Assembly (NCBI GenBank): GCA_025603075.1 | Contig: MU626453.1 | Span: 1 to 36,367 of the forward strand | Length of the DNA stretch: 36,367 bases | Origin: Neoconidiobolus thromboides FSU 785 | Taxonomy: Eukaryota; Fungi; Entomophthoromycota | Direction of reading: 5' to 3' | Part shown: positions 33,732-36,367 of the stretch, piece after piece | Layout of the letters: each line of letters opens with the position of its first letter | How positions within the stretch are numbered: position 1 is the stretch's first letter | Program-made: the position numbers and the translations under genes | Notes under the pieces: model-generated | What the model was told of the DNA's origin: nothing | Databases searched by the model: none | Seen by the model: the letters and a program-made list of their open reading frames with translations, nothing else

Positions 33732-34514
33732 ATGCCACGTCTATCTACCCGAAAATATTGCAACTCCAAGAAGCCCCTTAAATCAGGTAAACAAGTTAAG
33801 TCTACCACCACTCCCAATGCCAAAAAAAATCTACAAAGGGGACCAAGGGCAGTTGCTTGTGATAATTGTAGAAATTGGAAAAAAGAGTGTTCTAAAGATC
33901 GATTTCCGGGGTGTAAAAGCTGTGTTAGTAAAAAGAAAAAATGTACATATTCATATGCTGATACAAAAAATAAAACTGGTATCACGGATTTTACCGAGAA
34001 TGAAACCAAGGCATTAAGCCTACCAGTTTCACCATCAGTACCTATTTATCGGGAAAATAACGTGACAGCCATTCCAGTTCTTGAAAAACCTTTAAATTGT
34101 TCTCCTAAGAAATTGGATCATGAGTTAAAAGTACCACGTTGCACTCCAGTTTCAAATTTGCCACCACAATACCACAGGAGTAGGATGAATAGTATGCCGG
34201 AATTACCAAGCTTTTCATCAGTATTTGGATCATTGCTTGCCTCAGTATCGAAGCCGAGCACTCAATTCAATAGAGCTAGATTGAATAGTTTGCCACAATT
34301 GCCGAAATTATCAACCGTAGTTGAAAACCTTCCATCACTTCAATCATCAAGAGTTAATTTACTTAATCATTTACCTCCTATAGCTAATTTATCACCAGCA
34401 ATAAGTTATTCTACGCCGCCTCAATCATTGGAACTTGATTTGGGTAATTATTTACCTCCTATAGTTGGTAACCCTGAATTTAAAACAAAATGTTCATACT
34501 ATCGTTTAAATTAA
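33732..34514 (+). CDS. Zn(II)2Cys6 binuclear-cluster transcription factor, 260 aa, no middle homology region
   Basis: CDNCRNWKKECSKDRFPGCKSCVSKKKKC = C-x2-C-x6-C-x6-C-x2-C-x6-C; first ATG at 33732; Pro/Ser-rich C-terminus. Confidence 0.9.
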   Translation: MPRLSTRKYCNSKKPLKSGKQVKSTTTPNAKKNLQRGPRAVACDNCRNWKKECSKDRFPGCKSCVSKKKKCTYSYADTKNKTGITDFTENETKALSLPVSPSVPIYRENNVTAIPVLEKPLNCSPKKLDHELKVPRCTPVSNLPPQYHRSRMNSMPELPSFSSVFGSLLASVSKPSTQFNRARLNSLPQLPKLSTVVENLPSLQSSRVNLLNHLPPIANLSPAISYSTPPQSLELDLGNYLPPIVGNPEFKTKCSYYRLN

Positions 34515-34949
34515 TATATATAAGTTTGCTTTTAACCATCATTACTTTCTAATCTGATAATTTATTGTTTTATTAAAAACTACTATTGTATCCTTGAACG
34601 ATGTCAAGTGTATATTAAGAACAATTCAGGGATGAATGTTTCATATTTTTATATTTTATAGGAAAATTTTGCTATAACAAGGCAAAGATACTAAAATGAT
34701 TAAACTTTGCATTCATTATGTTCCAAGCTGATCTCAACAGTGATATGCTATAATCTAATCTAGTACAATCACTTAAAATGCTATCAAAACAATTTAAATA
34801 AAATTAATAGTAACCCTATCATACTACATTCTTAATATTTGGTATGGAAATTAATTTAAGCTACCAGATTTTATAAAATAAAAGCTTACATGTAACATTT
34901 TATCTCTATTTTTTTTGCACCCAGATTTGAAGATTTGCATTTTTATTAC

Positions 34950-35600
34950 CTGTAGAAGAATCAATGTATTATCTATATTTTTCAATTTTTTAAAGAAAAT
35001 TTCAAAAACTTTGACATTTGTTCCTTATTAGACCTACAAAATCAACAAGTTGACGGTGTTTACGGAGGAAAGGTTTCAAAGAGTGGTTGGCTTTTGTAGG
35101 AGAATGTAACTTTATTTATTGCCACTGACTGAGTTTGTCTAGGAAGAAAAATATTAGGAAGTAAAGAAAAAAATACTCAGAAACAATCAGACCAAGTAGC
35201 CGCAGGTGTAACTCGTTAGAGATAAGGTGATTATAAACTGGAAATAAGGATTTTGGAGGTATTGTTTCAGGCTGAGTAAGAGCTTGGTGTGTCTCGAATA
35301 AATAAAATCATCCAATGGATTATCACGTCAAGTGATGTTTCATATAGTCAGAGGATAGATGTATATTATTATCTATGTCAGGCAATTTAGTCGAGAGGAG
35401 GATAAGGAAATTAAAAACAGGGTCAAAGAAAATCAAATATTTAGCTTTAATCCCTGAGCTTTTGGTATTGTTTAATCAGTTATATGCCGATTCTATTAAC
35501 TTTCTAAAATTAATAGGAAGAAATAAAGACTTTTCAAATTCAATGTAAGTATGGATATTTCAAAACTATTAATTATTAGACATTCGGTAACTAATGGATA
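34950..35600. other. Possible decayed coding relic, family and strand unresolved
   Basis: Higher GC than the surrounding DNA, with long nearly open frames broken by isolated stops; no motif recognised. Confidence 0.2.
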
Positions 35601-36367
35601 GAAATAGTACAAAAACATTCATGTTAGTAGACAATTTTTCAAATATTTGTATCAATTCTTTGATCCTAATCAGCAAATAGGTAGCTTTGTTGAATATACT
35701 GAACTGCAATAAAATATAAGTTATTTTGGAATGATCAAATCAGACATAGTAAGTGACACAAAATAAATATAATTATATTATGTACTATTTATTATTACAT
35801 AAAAAAGCGATAGTGGATTATATAACCTTTAGTGTTTAAAATGCACAAAAAAAGTTCAAAAATTTGTGATGTAATGCTTTTTTTCTGGCAATAGATAGGC
35901 TTTTACATGATAGAAGCGGAAATACTATCTCTGTAGTATATACTTGCTTTGAGCAACCCTATATTTTATAAACAATAACAAACAATAAATAATCTATGCT
36001 CAAACATATCTTAATAGGATTCAATAAAAGTTCCATGAATTGTAATGTAATATTGGTATTAAAATTCTGTAATATATATAATGCTATTAAAACAACTTGA
36101 TAAATGATAGTAAAATAAAAAAGTGGCACTTTATCATATTAGATTAGTTCTTAAATAGTGGGAATCAATCATAAATAAACATAGTATTTTGTCACATTTA
36201 AGTAAAACAATAAAAGCGATTTTGTTGTTCTTTATCATTTCATTTGGTGATAAAAGTTTATTTATGTTATTAAACGCTTTATCTTCTAGATATATTGATT
36301 TATAAATATTAGTTTTGGATAAAGTTATATAACACAAGCTAGCATCTGATACCTTTATTGATTATTA

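Noticed and set aside
15841-34017. ORFs 14236-14430, 15841-16110, 33692-34009 and 33817-34017
   Set aside because: They overlap well-supported genes on another strand or frame.
35850-36337. Possible membrane-protein relic on the minus strand at the window end
   Set aside because: Hydrophobicity is explained by T-rich codons, frames are broken, and no family motif was recognised.

Overview
AT-rich eukaryotic nuclear DNA with short GT-AG introns (45-84 nt). It is fungal (Zn2Cys6 gene) and by inference probably an early-diverging lineage such as Zoopagomycota. Reconstructed intact genes: a signal-peptide-bearing DJ-1/PfpI protein, a ~2126-aa RhoGEF(DH)-BAR-SH3 protein, a 586-aa protein weakly resembling a fungal TF middle region, fibrillarin (NOP1), a 150-aa orphan, a PX-BAR sorting nexin (Snx41/Atg20-like), a 345-aa coiled-coil protein and a short Zn2Cys6 factor. 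There are three tRNA genes (two identical Gly-GCC, one Ile-AAT). The main signals absent from the ORF track: (1) a ~96-bp non-autonomous MITE-like element in 15 copies, with ~15-bp TIRs, A-W-W-T target duplications and CpG-type decay; (2) decayed intron-containing or frameshifted genes, namely a CLPB/Skd3-type AAA+ ATPase relic whose frame is restored by excising one MITE copy, a tyrosinase relic, and a second DJ-1/PfpI paralog with a nonsense codon. All family assignments come from manual motif recognition, not database searches.
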